Shown here: positions 1 through 12,308 of the stretch, in pieces | How positions within the stretch are numbered: position 1 is the first letter of the stretch | How the letters are laid out: each line of letters opens with the position of its first letter | Source of the DNA: Octopus bimaculoides | Taxonomy: Eukaryota | Reading direction: 5' to 3' | DNA length: 37,574 bases | Assembly: GCF_001194135.2 (NCBI RefSeq) | Contig: NC_068985.1 | Span: 55,381,958-55,419,531, forward strand | Notes under the pieces: model-generated | Seen by the model: the letters and a program-made list of their open reading frames with translations, nothing else | What the model was told of the DNA's origin: nothing | Database searches by the model: none | Made by a program: the position numbers and the translations under genes

Positions 1-614
1 AAATAGGGCTGGAAAAGAGAACCCTGTCAGCCAGAGTATATGAGCAGAGATGGAAGGAAGTGGTGAAAAAGGTGGGTGTAAGTCACCCAAACTAATCATC
101 GAAAATAATAAAAGGCAAGCTGCTGGGCCTTATAGGCTGCCGGGTTGAAAAACCCAATCCTTCTGTTATTTTATATACGTGTTTAAGTATATGCGTGTGT
201 ATGTGTAGGGATGGATATGTGTGTGTATGTATGTATATGTATGTGTGGGTGTATATATATGTGTGTATGTATGTATATACATATATATATATATGTGTAT
301 GGATGTGTGTGTGTGTATACGCATATGTATGCTTGTATAATTGAAAGAGGAAAAAAAAAAGTCAATGAATATATATTAAAACTATCGTAATTTTTTAAAA
401 AGACAATCGTAATTTTAAAAAAATCATAGAACTCGCACATTTTGTTCATTTGTTTGTCCTGTATTGTACCCATCTGTGTTTCGATCCTTCGTGATCATAA
501 TAAAAATATTCAGAGAGGCAACACACGTGTGTTCGTTTTCCCTAACCCTAATTGACTTGCTCCTTCCCTCAAAAACCAGGCCTTGTGCCTATAATAGAAA
601 GGTTTATTACCTAC

Positions 615-634
615 TGCCAATATGCTTCAGCCAT
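615..634 (-). CDS. Candidate first coding exon (MAEAYW...) of a gene running off the left edge
   Basis: AAAAATGGCTG start context and CA|GTAGGT donor in a locally CpG-retaining segment; no downstream exon confirmed. Confidence 0.3.
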
Positions 635-712
635 TTTTTGACAAGGAAATAATTTTATCACCGCCAGAATCGTTTGTTTACGTAGTCAGCACTTAATATA
701 TTCGGCTGAATG

Positions 713-727
713 GACGTCAGTTATTGG
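713..727 (-). promoter_or_regulatory. CCAAT box and TGACGTC (CREB-site-like) motif upstream of the candidate start at 634
   Basis: On the - strand CCAAT at 727-723 and TGACGTC at 719-713, about 80-90 nt upstream of the ATG. Confidence 0.25.
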
Positions 728-787
728 TTGAAATTACAAAAATACGACAACTTTAACATGAAATAAATTGCAATATAATAATTTTTC

Positions 788-971
788 TTAAGAAGACTAA
801 GAGAAAAAGATGTTTTATATGACACATTCTACCAGTGTCCCAAGTTTCAAAGTGTTTCGTTAAGAAAATACTGGTGCCCCCGTTTTGAACTAGATCCGGA
901 TCGACCACTCCACGACTAGCTAGCGCGGACGCGCGACTGCGCGTTCGGGACCGTGCTGCTTTAGTTGTACC
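788..971. mobile_element. CpG-rich putative DNA-transposon end fused to a truncated SINE
   Basis: TTAA at 788-791 followed by GA (Kolobok-like terminus pattern), then >10 CpG in ~100 bp up to an abrupt junction with SINE family A at 972; no partner end found. Confidence 0.3.
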
Positions 972-1359
972 GGGTTCACCACCATCCCCTGCCGGAGCCT
1001 CGTGGAGCTTTAGGTGTTTTCGCTCAATAAACACTCACAACGCCCGGTCTGGGAATCGAAACCGCGAGTCCGCTGCCCTAACCACTGGGCCATTGCGCCT
1101 CCACTCAAGTGACAAGTAAATCTGTGGTATTTGCTATAATGATATTTCTGCTTCAGCATTTCAATGCTGAATATGTCTGAAATATAATGAAAAATAGGTC
1201 AGTTTCAAAACATTGCTGCCTAGATGATAAAAGCAAAGTTTGAAGGGAATAGCAGGCATTCCATTTGATTTCAAAACAGAAGCAAATAAAAAATAACACT
1301 TACTGACCAAATACAGACAAAAATTAAAAATTTGTTCCATATTGTTATTACTACAGTGC

Positions 1360-2010
1360 ATACAACCATCCGGACAAAGATCATGGTCTTCCGTGCCATT
1401 GTTCTGTCAGCTCTATTCTATGCTTGTAAGACTTGGAGGTTGTACCGCCGTCACTTCAAGTACCTTGAACGCTTCCAGCAATCGAAGCCACGACAAATCC
1501 TCAACATACAATGGGAAGATCACGTTACCAACAACGAGGTTCTTTGCCGCGCCTCACTACCAAGTGTCGAAGCCACCCTTCTTCGCCATCGTCTCCGCTG
1601 GGCAGCCCTCTCGTCTCCCAAGGATCATGCTCCATGGAGATCTTGCAATCAGAACAAGACCCAGAGAAGTCTGAAATTCCGTTTTAAAGACCAGCTCAAA
1701 TGGACCTTGGCTCAAGCTAACATCCAGCCATCCTCATGGGAACAAATTGCCATGGATAGGACAGCCTTGAGGACTGTTACCCACAATGGAACCAGATCAT
1801 TCGAGCAGAACAGACAACAAAATGAGAAGGCAAAACGCAGAAGAAAAGAACATCTTCGACCTGCACTGACCATCCTTTGTTAGTTCTGCCCACGATTCTT
1901 TTACCGTCGACTTGGACTCCAAAGTCACTTTTGACACAAACGTCAGCCAAGGAGACTGGATGGAAACTGATGAACCCAATGCTCGAATACAAGCTGGAGC
2001 TGACTACAGT
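1360..2010 (+). mobile_element. 5'-truncated RTE (BovB-like) LINE, 3' end of ORF
   Basis: ORF 1332-1883 has the RTE C-terminal pattern (TKIMVFRAIVLSALFYACKTW, ILNIQWEDHVTNNEVL, RLRWA, RFKDQLK) followed by a disrupted CxxC...H motif (C*FCPRFFYRRLGLQSHF). Confidence 0.85.
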
Positions 2011-3599
2011 GCATACAACTCCTCTTTATAGGAAATGCTTGGTATGTTTTTGTTTTATCCGTATTCTCACAGTTAATCCTTTTGATACCAACCTGTCAAA
2101 GTCTACTCGTAGTTCCATTATACAAAATTCATGTTTTGAAATAAACTAAATAAAAAATTGCCATAAAAATTTTATATTAATTTATGATTCAAATACGACT
2201 TAATCTTGATAATATTAAAACTCTAGGGATGTTTGTGTGTAACTGAAATATCTCAGAAATAGTATATTTTATCTTAATTTTTTTTTACATATTTATTATC
2301 ATACTTACCTTCGGCAGTGCAGTACAAATTTTTGTGACCTTTGAATTTCTATTTAAACAATTAAACAAGTTTTGTTATTTCTTGATGAAAAAAATACATG
2401 GCTTCCATGATGTCAACACAAATACAGAATACACACATATATAATGAATGTCATGGCTTGTCAATCAACACAAACACACACATTGTCTTCGCGCTCTCTA
2501 AGAAAAAAGACCGTTGACATTTTGACGCACACAATATTTTAATCATTTGTATTTCGTCTGTCTTTATGGTCTGGGTTCAAATTCCACTGTTGTCGACTTT
2601 GCTTTTCATCCTTTCGGAGTCGATAAATTAAGTACCAGTTGCGTCCTGGAGTCAATCTAATCGACTGGCCCCCTCACCCCAAAATTTAGGGTCTTGTGCC
2701 TAGAATAGAAAAGAATATTTTAATCATTTAGAAATATTTTTAACTGAATATGATTTCATCATCCGGAGTTCGTTAATTTCCGTAAAAAATTTTTTATTTA
2801 TTTACTTTTGTTTTAAACTGGAAGATGTATGTACGTGTATATGGGATCTTTATGAAATGTATGTATATGAAATGAACATGTGAGTATGTGAAAGAGAGAG
2901 AGAGAAAGAGAGACAGAGTGAATGAAGGGGTGTGTTGTCATGTATAGGTACATACTTCAGTACATATGCATACATCTTTTTTTGTATGTACGTGGGCATG
3001 TGTGTGTGTGTGTGAGAGAGAATGTGTGTGTGTGTGAGTGAGTGAACATGTGTGTTCTCATGTATGTGTAAGTGGCACACACACTATCTCTCTCTCTCAC
3101 ACACACACACATCCATTTCATTTACACGGTCATACATCATTCACTTTCTCCTCTCTTTCAATTTAAAACAAAAGTAACAGGTGATTTTCAGGATAAAAAT
3201 TGTTTAAAAAAAAGCCTTCTACTCATGTAAATTGATTACTATTGTTCGAATAGTTACAGTTAAATAAGTTCAGAAGTTAGGTTAAATATATATACATGCA
3301 CAAGTACCGTGAATTCCCATTCTATACACTGGCAAATAATTCCGTGAATACTTTATCAGGCAAGGCTGGATAGTAAGTCTAGTAATGACTAAATTTTTCA
3401 GTATTTTCCAAATTAATTAAAACAACATTTCAACAGAAATCTGACAATAAAGAGGATTATAATTACAAAGTTATTTTACTAACTTCTTCATTATTTTCAA
3501 AATCAATTAAATGAAAAGCAGTGTATTTCAACAAAAATATTGAACAACTGATTTTCAAGGGATGCTATTCTACAAAATAAAAGAAGTGCCATGTTTTAT

Positions 3600-3955
3600 T
3601 GTGGAGGGAGCCTGTGGAAGGGTTAGATCCAGGAAGACATAGGATGAAGTGGTGAAATATGATCTTTAGTTCTTGAGTCTCACAGAGGTGTTGACAAGTG
3701 ACTGAGACTTCTGGCGATTTACTGTGCTTGAGAAGACTTGTCAAGCCAAGTGAAATCGTAGTCATGGCCAGTGCTGGTGATACATAAAAGGTACCCAGTA
3801 CACTTTGTTGAGTGGTTGACATTTGGAAGGGCATCCAGCACTAGCAACCAAGCCAGAACAGATATTGGAGCCTGGTGCAGCTCTCTGGCTTATCACCTCC
3901 AGTCAAACTGTCTAACCACTGCCAACATGGAAATCAAACATTAATTGATGATAAT
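3600..3955 (+). mobile_element. RTE-family 3' end; further short tails at ~4935-5110(-), 6860-7245(+), 20030-20215(-), 22080-22255(-), 23105-23150(+), 25820-25960(+), 28745-28865(+), 29437-29690(-)
   Basis: Shared GGAAGGGCATCCAGC ... CATGCCAGCATGGAAA ... (GAT)n sequence. Confidence 0.85.
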
Positions 3956-6900
3956 GAACTCAATATAGGCACTGTGCAAAATTTTGTCGTAAAGGTGATG
4001 TCTAGAGGTGAGCCAAAAAACTATTCTTTTAAGCTTGTTCTTTAAAACGCTTTCTAAAACCACCATGTCACCCAGAATTTGTGGTGTGGAAAACAAAAGA
4101 CATAATTTCTTCAATGTAATGTGGTGCAGGCATGGCTGTGTGGTTGAGCAGCTTTCTTGGTTTCAGGTTCAGTTTCACTACACAGCACCTTGGGCAAGTG
4201 TCTTCTGCTACAGCCCCAGGTCAACCAATGTCATATGAGTGAATTTGGTAGACAGAAATTATGTGGAAACCTGTGCATGTGTGTGTGTGTGTATGGTTAC
4301 TGGTGCTGGTTTGTTTAGGCTCCTGCAACTTTGTGGTTTTGCAAAGGAGATTGATAGAATAAGGCCCAGACTTAGATAAAAAAGAAATAAGTACTAGAGT
4401 TGATTTGCTTGACTGAACCCTTCAAAGTGGTGCTCCTGCATGGCCACAATTTAATGACTGGAATAGATAAATGGTAAAAGATTAAGTTTCTTGGATTGCT
4501 TCATGTACTGTCCTTGTCTGTGTAGCAGCTGTTGTATCTTCAACTGCAAGTACAGCTAAGAATTTACCATTTCTTGCATTGATTAAACCTGAGATGATTA
4601 TAACCAATTTTTCTGCTGGCTTACCTCTTCAATAATATAAAAGATTTTACTGCCAGTATGTCACTTTCTACAGCCCAGTGTTGACACACACCCTGTGAGT
4701 GGAATTGGTTTGATGAAAACTACATAGATACCCATCAGGTGGGTTGTACCTGTAATTCAAGAGGTACAGCCTTGTCACACACTATGTCACACAGATTCTG
4801 TTTGAGAATTAGATTAGGGGTACATATACTTATGAAATACTCAGCCACTTGTATGTTAAATGAGGAGCAGGTAATTCAGTTGATCAAATAGCTGAATCTT
4901 TATCATCGAATGACAGAGCTCTATCACCTGTATATTTAACACAGGCTCCAGTCTCTTTTGGCTTGGTTTCTATATCTGGATGCCTTTCCTAACACCAACT
5001 ACTCCACAGAGTGTACTGGGTGTCTTTTACGTGTCACTGGCATGGGTGCCTTTTACATGTCACCATGTCATCAGTACGAGTGCCTTTCATGTGTTGCCAG
5101 CACTGGCTAAGAGTTGTCAAGCAGTGGTGGCAGACAAATGTAAGCATGAAGACACACATACATACCAATGTACATATATATGACAGGCTTCTTTCAGTTT
5201 CCATTTACCAAATTCACTCATAAGGCTTTGGTTTATGCAGAGCTATAGCAGAGGACACTTGTCTAAGGTGTCATGCAGTGGGATTGAACCCAGAAGCATG
5301 TTGTTGAAAAACACACTTGTTACTACAAAGCATGCCTGCATCTAAGTATTTTGTTTTTTAATTTAGGGTATTTTAAAAGTTTTCATTATTAAAAATATGA
5401 GTCCCATTAAAAATCATAGATTATAAGGTGTGAACTGGCAGAATCATTAGCATGCTGGGCAAGATGTTTAGCTACATTTCGTCTGTCTTCACATTCTGAG
5501 TTCAAATTCTGTCAAGGTCGACTTTGCCTTCCATCCTTTTGGGGGTCGATAAAAGGAGTACCAGTTGAACATTGGAAGTGATGTAATTGACTTACTCCTC
5601 CCCAGAGGAGTGATTTAAAAAGATTTTGTGCTACTATTTCTAATGGGCTGAGAGAGCACATAGAAGTTCCCTTGTTGGTTTGATAAGATCCCTGCAGTAG
5701 GCTATGTTGTTATGATGGATATTAGATTAGAAAATAGGTTGAACAGTTAATTGATTAGTTTGATTATAGGTGAATGTGTAAGTTGGTCAAACAAATTGGA
5801 GTGGAGAGATAGAGTGTGTGTGTGTGTGTGCATGTTGATTGTGGATATGAATACAGCTGAAGGTATGGTATTAATACTTGGTACACAAGGCAACAGGAGA
5901 GAGAGAGAGAAGGGGGGGTGAGAAAAAAGATAGAGAGAGGGAGGAGATACAGGGATTTAGATGTAATGAGAAAGAGAGTGACAAATAGAAAAATGATAGA
6001 AAAAAGAGAGGGAGAGAAACATTAGATGTGGATGAGAGAGAGTGACGTAGATAAAAAGATAGAGATAGAAACAGGAAGATAAAGGTTAGAGATAAAGATA
6101 GGACAGGGAGAGGAAGAGAGAGAAAGAAAGAGGGGAAGAGAGAGAAAGAAAGAGGGAAAGGGAGAGAAAGAAAGAGGAAAGGGAGAGAAAAAGAAAATAA
6201 AGAAACGGTTGGAGAGATGAGTGATTTATGTTAATTTATGTACTTTTAATTAGGGAGTTAAGGAAAGGAACAGGAATTGTAGGAGAATATAAACAATAAT
6301 TGTCTGGATATAAATAAATAGGGGCAAAGTGATGGTTCATCACTTATTGATATGTTATTACTGTTGTTGTTATTTAGCCCTGGTGAAGGCACATGGCTAA
6401 GTGGTTAGGGTATTCAGCTTATGGTCATAATGTCATGAGTTCAATTCCCAGTGATGTGTTGCATCCTTGAGCAAGACACTTTATTTCCCGTTGCTCCAGT
6501 ACACTCAGCTGGCAAAAATGAGTAGTACTTGTGTTTCAAAGGACCAGCCTTAAAAATATAATAATTATAATAATGAAATTATTGTGTATAGTGCTCAGGT
6601 GCACTACAACTCATCTAAGGTGCATGTACAGTACATAGAATTATGTACAAAAGTCAGGAAAGTGAACAGTGTATGAGTGTCATGATATACATGTGTGCAT
6701 GTGTTTGGAGAGTGCAGGATATCAGGTGTAGTAGTTGTATGCTGTCAACTTAATGTGACAGTCCCCTGAAGGGAATAATACTACTGTTGGTTAGACCTAG
6801 GAAGCTGCACTGCTTCTTGTTGGCCTTGACACATTTCCTCTGTGTGTGTGTGTGTGTGCCGGTGGTACGTGAAAAACANNNNNNNNNNTTCTTGTTGGCC

Positions 6901-7835
6901 TTGACACATTTCCTCTGTGTGTGTGTGTGTGTGCCGGTGGTACGTGAAAAACAACATTCAAGCGAGGACGTTGCCAGTGCCGCTGGACTGGCTCCTGTGC
7001 AGGTGACACATAAAAACACCATTTGAGCGTGGCCATTGCCAATACCACCTGACTGGCCCTCATGCCGGTGGCACATAAAAGCACCCACTATACTCTCGGA
7101 ATGGTTGGTGTTAGGGCATCCAGCTGTAGAAACTCTGTTAGATCAGATTGGAGCCTGGTGCAGCCATCTGGCTCACCAGTACCCAGTCAAACTGTCCAAC
7201 TCATGCCAGCATGGAAAGCAGATGTTAAACGATGATGATGATGATATATATATATATATANNNNNNNNNNNNNNNNNNNNNNNNNNNNNNNNNNNNNNNN
7301 NNNNNNNNNNNNNNNNNNNNNNNNNNNNNNNNNNNNNNNNNNNNNNNNNNNNNNNNNNNNNNNNNNNNNNNNNNNNNNNNNNNNNAATTTGTCATAAATT
7401 TAAATATTGAACTGTGTCCAGTTCATCACAAATTCAAATATTCATTGCGTTCACTGCAGAGTATTCCATTTTCATTTGCAAAGTCTCTCACTTTCTCTTT
7501 TAAGTTTTAATTTGCTATTAATGTATATGTAATGTAAAAACATTATTTATTGAATGAAGATTTTTTTAAATACCCATTTAATTCTTGAACATGGGATGAT
7601 TGTGAGAAGTGCCTAAAAAGTTGGGTAATTACTATTAGAAGACGAGGAGAAAAAAAAAAGAAGTTACCAACAAGTACTCAAAACTTGTACCTTATTCACA
7701 GTTTCCAAACACAACTTCAACAGTGATACACACATACACCAATACACACTCGCACACACACATAGGTACACACACACAAATGAAAAGCAATGAATTGTGT
7801 GTGTGTGTGTGTGTGAGTGCGTGCATGTGTGTACG

Positions 7836-7889
7836 GTTCACTGACAAAACTTCATGCTGCATCATTTTTGTGAAGTTTTGTCAGTGAAC
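7836..7889. repeat. Perfect 19-bp inverted repeat with a 16-nt loop
   Basis: GTTCACTGACAAAACTTCA (7836-7854) and TGAAGTTTTGTCAGTGAAC (7871-7889). Confidence 0.95.
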
Positions 7890-9169
7890 AGGTCACAGTT
7901 TCAAAGTGACAAAAATATTTTGACACAAATGAAATTTTAATGTTGAAGTGAAACTAACAGTATTTATGTGTTCTTGAATGGTTTACAAACATCTTCCATG
8001 CTGCAATTGTTTTTGTTTCAGCACACGATCTCAGATCAAGTCACTTGCTATGCAAGTACATCTCTGTAATTTTTAAAAATCACTGTGGATAAATGCCAGC
8101 AATGACCTTCTCAGGCTCTCCAATATTTTATTTTCTAAACAGAAACAATCGGGAGCAGGGAGTGGAGTTGCAATAAATTCATAATTTCTCAAATTTTCTT
8201 TTTTATAGCATATAAATGCATTTGTGGGGAAAAAATATTGAAAAACATTAATACATTCGAGAGTGAGAAAGAAACGAGGAGGGTTGTGCTAGAAACATGC
8301 TCTTCCCATGGTTTTGAAGTNNNNNNNNNNNNNNNNNNNNNNNNNNNNNNNNNNNNNNNNNNNNNNNNNNNNNNNNNNNNNNNNNNNNNNNNNNNNNNNN
8401 NNNNNNNNNNNNNNNNNNNNNNNNNNNNNNNNNNNNNNNNNNNNNNNNNNNNNNNNNNNNNNNNNNNNNNNNNNNNNNNNNNNNNNNNNNNNNNNNNNNN
8501 NNATAATCGTAATCTATGCCATTTGAAAGGGATTTGTATAAATTTTCCCTAAAAGATATCTATATTCCTGAAAGTTATTAGGGTAAAAAGTCAGTTCATG
8601 TGAATTTTCTGAAACTCCTCTTTCCACCCAGTCACAAAAATTCTTTCCCATAAATCCCTTTACACTCTGAAGCCAAAACATCTAAGTGGTATTTGCAGAA
8701 AATTTTGTTAAAATCTATTCATTTTTCTTGATGTTATGAGGCAACAAAGTTGGGGCTGTATACATCTGTAGTAATGCCCTTTTATTTATACGATTTTTTC
8801 ATTTCATGCTTGTTTCATTCATTGTTTGCAATACTCACTCACTCACTCACTCACTCACTCACTCACTCACTCACTCACTCACTCACTTGCTGCTGCTGCT
8901 GAACTGATATCTCTATGTTGCTTTGAGGGGAAGGTAAAACTTGACAAACTGCTTCTCCCTCAAGGGGTTAAACTACAAATAAATAAATAGATATATAAAT
9001 AAATAAATAAATAAATTGCTGATTTATGCCCTTGCAGCAGTGGTTTAAAATCGAATTGCTTGGTAACTGGTCATGCATTACGACCAAACCATAGTTGTTT
9101 CACATGATCAGTCTATTAAGCAACCAATCAGCATCCAACCATCACATGATTCAATCTTCTAGAATTATC

Positions 9170-9265
9170 TTAATATGACCCATTAAAGGCTGCTTCTGGT
9201 GGAAAATAGCTGCAGAATGTTGAGGCAGCTGCATGATGTCTCCATTCCTGCCATAGCCAGACAAC
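9170..9265 (-). CDS. Candidate terminal coding exon of unidentified - strand gene (VVWLWQEWRHHAAASTFCSYFPPEAAFNGSY*)
   Basis: Pyrimidine-rich acceptor CTATATTCCTAG|; phase-0 frame continues the exon at 9692-9754 to TAA. Confidence 0.5.
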   Translation of the reverse strand, partial: VVWLWQEWRHHAAASTFCSYFPPEAAFNGSY

Positions 9266-9691
9266 CTAGGAATATAGTTAAGATAGAAGATAGACGACAA
9301 GAATTTCCATCAACACAAATATAGTCCAATTGTTTTCAGTTATGCTGGGTCAGCCACATGTTGGTGTATCAGTAAGCTTGCAGTAAACTCCAAGCAGAAT
9401 ATCTCTCCCAGTATATAATTGCTATTTGTTATTTGTAAAAGACCAACACAGTTAATAAAACTCTATGTGTAATAATATAATCTTCTGCTAAATGTTTGTG
9501 GGTGTCATTCAGTTACTTTTTCACACAGCCCAAGAAACATTTTCATTGATCAACTCAACCAGGGATCACCTAAGACCAGCCAACAAACACGCTCGGAACA
9601 TTTAATTAATCCATTTTCGCTGACAATATATCAGAATTTTATAATTCAGCTCCTGTACAAACGAAATAAACTGAGATGGCTTAGTTCTCAC

Positions 9692-9754
9692 CTGTTCAGT
9701 ATCAACAGTTCTTATCTCAGCTATAATCTGACAATTATTCTGTCTATTTATCAC
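9692..9754 (-). CDS. Candidate internal exon (VINRQNNCQIIAEIRTVDTEQ)
   Basis: TTTTGTGCAG| acceptor; CAG|GTGAGA donor; 63 nt; only phase 0 is open. Confidence 0.65.
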
Positions 9755-10489
9755 CTGCACAAAATAAGCATTTCTACTCTATACTTCATATACACACATG
9801 CGCACGTGTGCACACACACACACACGCATGCGTGCACTCACACATACACACACCCAGAGTCCTTATCTCTATTTACATTTACATTGATCTATTTCTCCCT
9901 CCTCTCACGCTTTCTTATCTCCTTGTTTTCCCCATTCTACCTTTATTTACACCTCTTCATTTATATCTACATTGACCTCTCTTTATCAACATTGATCCCT
10001 CTCTCTCTTCATTTCTACCTACATCAATGTTTCTCTGCTTCTCTCATCTCCATGTTTTTCCCTTACTGTCTCTGTATATACATTTGCATCAATCTCTCTC
10101 TCTCTCTCACTTTCTTTGCTTTTCTTGACTGCCTCTACATCTCACTCTCCCTTATCTACGTTTTTCTCTCTTTCTCTCCATCCCCATTTACGTTTCTTTG
10201 TCTCTTCTCTTTCTGCTTTTCTTGACCGTTTTTACATCCCCATCTCTCTCACCTCTGTCTGTCTGTCTCTCTGTGTGCATATCTTTCTTAACTTCTTGTC
10301 TCCTCTTCCTCCCTATTTCAGCAACATAAACCTTAGCAAGGCAAACTACACCAAAGACAGAATTACCTTTAAAGTCCAAGGTTACAGGCAGTCTGAGGAA
10401 ATAAAAGCAATGCTCCTTGCATGGAACTTAGCAGAAGGATCATCATCAAACAATCTAATTTCAGAAACCCTGAACAGAGTTGTTTCTCA

Positions 10490-10810
10490 CAGAACCATGG
10501 CTCAGAAAGCAACTCGAGGCAGTTCAACAATGCTACACCAGGAAGATTGCATCAATGGAACAGCTGAGCTACTAGAAAAGTCTGAAAGAATTGTGACTCT
10601 ACTTCCTGGAGTGAAGATGGGAGAGTTATATTGTGATATACATATGGAAGATCCTAGAGGGGTTAGTATCAAACTTTGACATTGAGAGTCACACCAGCCC
10701 TCGAATTGGATGTCACTGCATTGTTCCAAAGGTCATTCCCATCCTGTCTAGAGTGAGGTCCAGATGAACCTACATCACTGCAAGAAACTCAAAAGAGGGT
10801 ATCAATAACA
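10490..10810 (+). mobile_element. Decayed CR1-group (Daphne/Crack-like) LINE ORF2 C-terminus
   Basis: Off-track frame reads LEAVQQCYTRKIASMEQLSY*KSLKEL*LYFLE*RWESYIVIYIWKILEGLVSN, matching the LESVQR...YWERL..L.LYSLERRRERY.IIY.WKIL pattern. Confidence 0.75.
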
Positions 10811-10914
10811 AATTCCCTCCTTCACAAGAAACCAATCACAATAAAATGGCCATTGGTAAGGTGACACTACAGGCAAAGCTTTTAGGCTGAAATACCTAAA
10901 CGAATAATAGAATA

Positions 10915-11072
10915 GGATGCTGTGTGGTAAGAAGTTTGCTTCCCAACACATGATTTCTGTTTCAGTTCCACTGCATGACACCCTAGGTGAGTCAAGTGTC
11001 TTCTACTATAGTCCTGGGGCAACCAAAACCTTGTGAGTAGATCTGGTAGATGGAAACTGAAAGAAGTTTGTT
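10915..11072 (+). mobile_element. SINE family C; other copies ~4128-4275(+), 5183-5340(-), 19812-19965(-), 23345-23460(+)
   Basis: Shared CACCTTGGGCAAGTGTCTTCT.CTATAG...CCTTGTGAGT.GA..TGGTAGA.GGAAACTGAAAGAAG, each ending in a microsatellite. Confidence 0.85.
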
Positions 11073-11161
11073 GTGTATGTATGTATGTATGTATGGATGG
11101 ATAGATGGATGTATGTATGTATGTACGTATGTATGTATGTATGTGTGTTTACACACACACA

Positions 11162-12057
11162 CAGGGTATTCAGGCTAAATTTGACGATTTTTTGTGTCTC
11201 CTTTTTCAGGAGCAATTTGATGTATTGTTGAACTGTCAACAGCATTGGAGAACATAAAGATTATAGACGTAGTTGAGGAAAAGTTAACTGATATGGAGGA
11301 CTGGAAGTCATCTGAATATTGGAAATGAATTATCTATATCAATATGATACACACCTGGTATTGAAATGCTGACATTATGACTTCTGCCCAATGCCCTGTC
11401 AACATTGTAAAGGCTGTAAAATTTGATATGGATAACTGCAACACACTATGAAGCCATAGCCAACAGGAAAGGACACAGCAGGTGTTCTAACTGTGTCCAT
11501 GATCACAAATGCAGCCTCACATCTCTGAACAGGGTTTTAAACTCAATTCAGAGATAGCTATGAGAAGCTACTGGAGACTGTGTTCTATCCCTTACAGGAG
11601 AGGGTAGCTGCTGGAAGGCCATAAATGTATTGGCAGGATTTGGCTTGTTGTCATACCTCCAGAAAGAATCAGAAGTGTTTGTCAGAGAATTTCTATATTA
11701 CTAGCCACAATTTCTGGCTTCCTAATTCCCCCAATTGTAATCCAATGGATTAATATATGTAGGACATGTTTGAGAAAGACACCAACCACTCTGTCTGTAA
11801 CATAAAGGCTGAGCTGGTGGCCAAAATCAAGAAGCTGTTTGAAGATCTTTCCAAGGATGCAGTGAGGAACACATGCATTGTGGAGCCATCTTGTGGCTGT
11901 GGTGGGAGCTGAGGGTGGCTACTTTGAATCAACTATTATTTCCCAGCCATAATCTAGTTGATATTTTTTTTGATTTTTTAAAATATTTTTACTTTTGGAT
12001 GAGGTATTGTGTCTTCTTTTCCTTTTATGCAAACTGTCAAATTTACTGAACACTCTG
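11162..12057 (+). mobile_element. Internally deleted mariner-like (maT/DD37D-type) transposon
   Basis: Imperfect TIRs CAGGGTATTCAGGCTAAATTTGAC and CAGAGTGTTCAGTAAATTTGAC; transposase relics GRP..WQDLACCHTS, WLPNSPNCNPMD, GAEGGYFE. Confidence 0.75.
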
Positions 12058-12308
12058 TATATGTGTATTTACAGTAATGTAGGATGCAACAAATTTTATT
12101 GAACAAAACATAATCCTTTAGGAAATTTTTAAAGTTTATATACTTTTAAAATTTTGTGGCAGAGAATCACTGATGTCAATGTCTGCTCATAAAAAAAGTC
12201 ATTTCAGCCTACAATGACAACATTTATGTTGACAATGACAAAATTGAAATAGATGATAATGTAATTGATTCAGATGATAATGTATTTGAAGTTGATGTTG
12301 ACAAAATT

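Noticed and set aside
4589-4670. Exon ending at the GAG|GTAAGC donor at 4624
   Set aside because: Poor acceptor, and it would leave only a 36-nt intron to the 4588 candidate.
6816-6952. ~63-bp direct repeat flanking a 10-N gap
   Set aside because: Identical sequence on both sides of a placeholder gap indicates an unmerged contig overlap.
10116-10679. 187-aa ORF, the longest in the window
   Set aside because: Chance read-through of CT-rich low-complexity DNA into a CR1-group relic; the LINE homology is in another frame.
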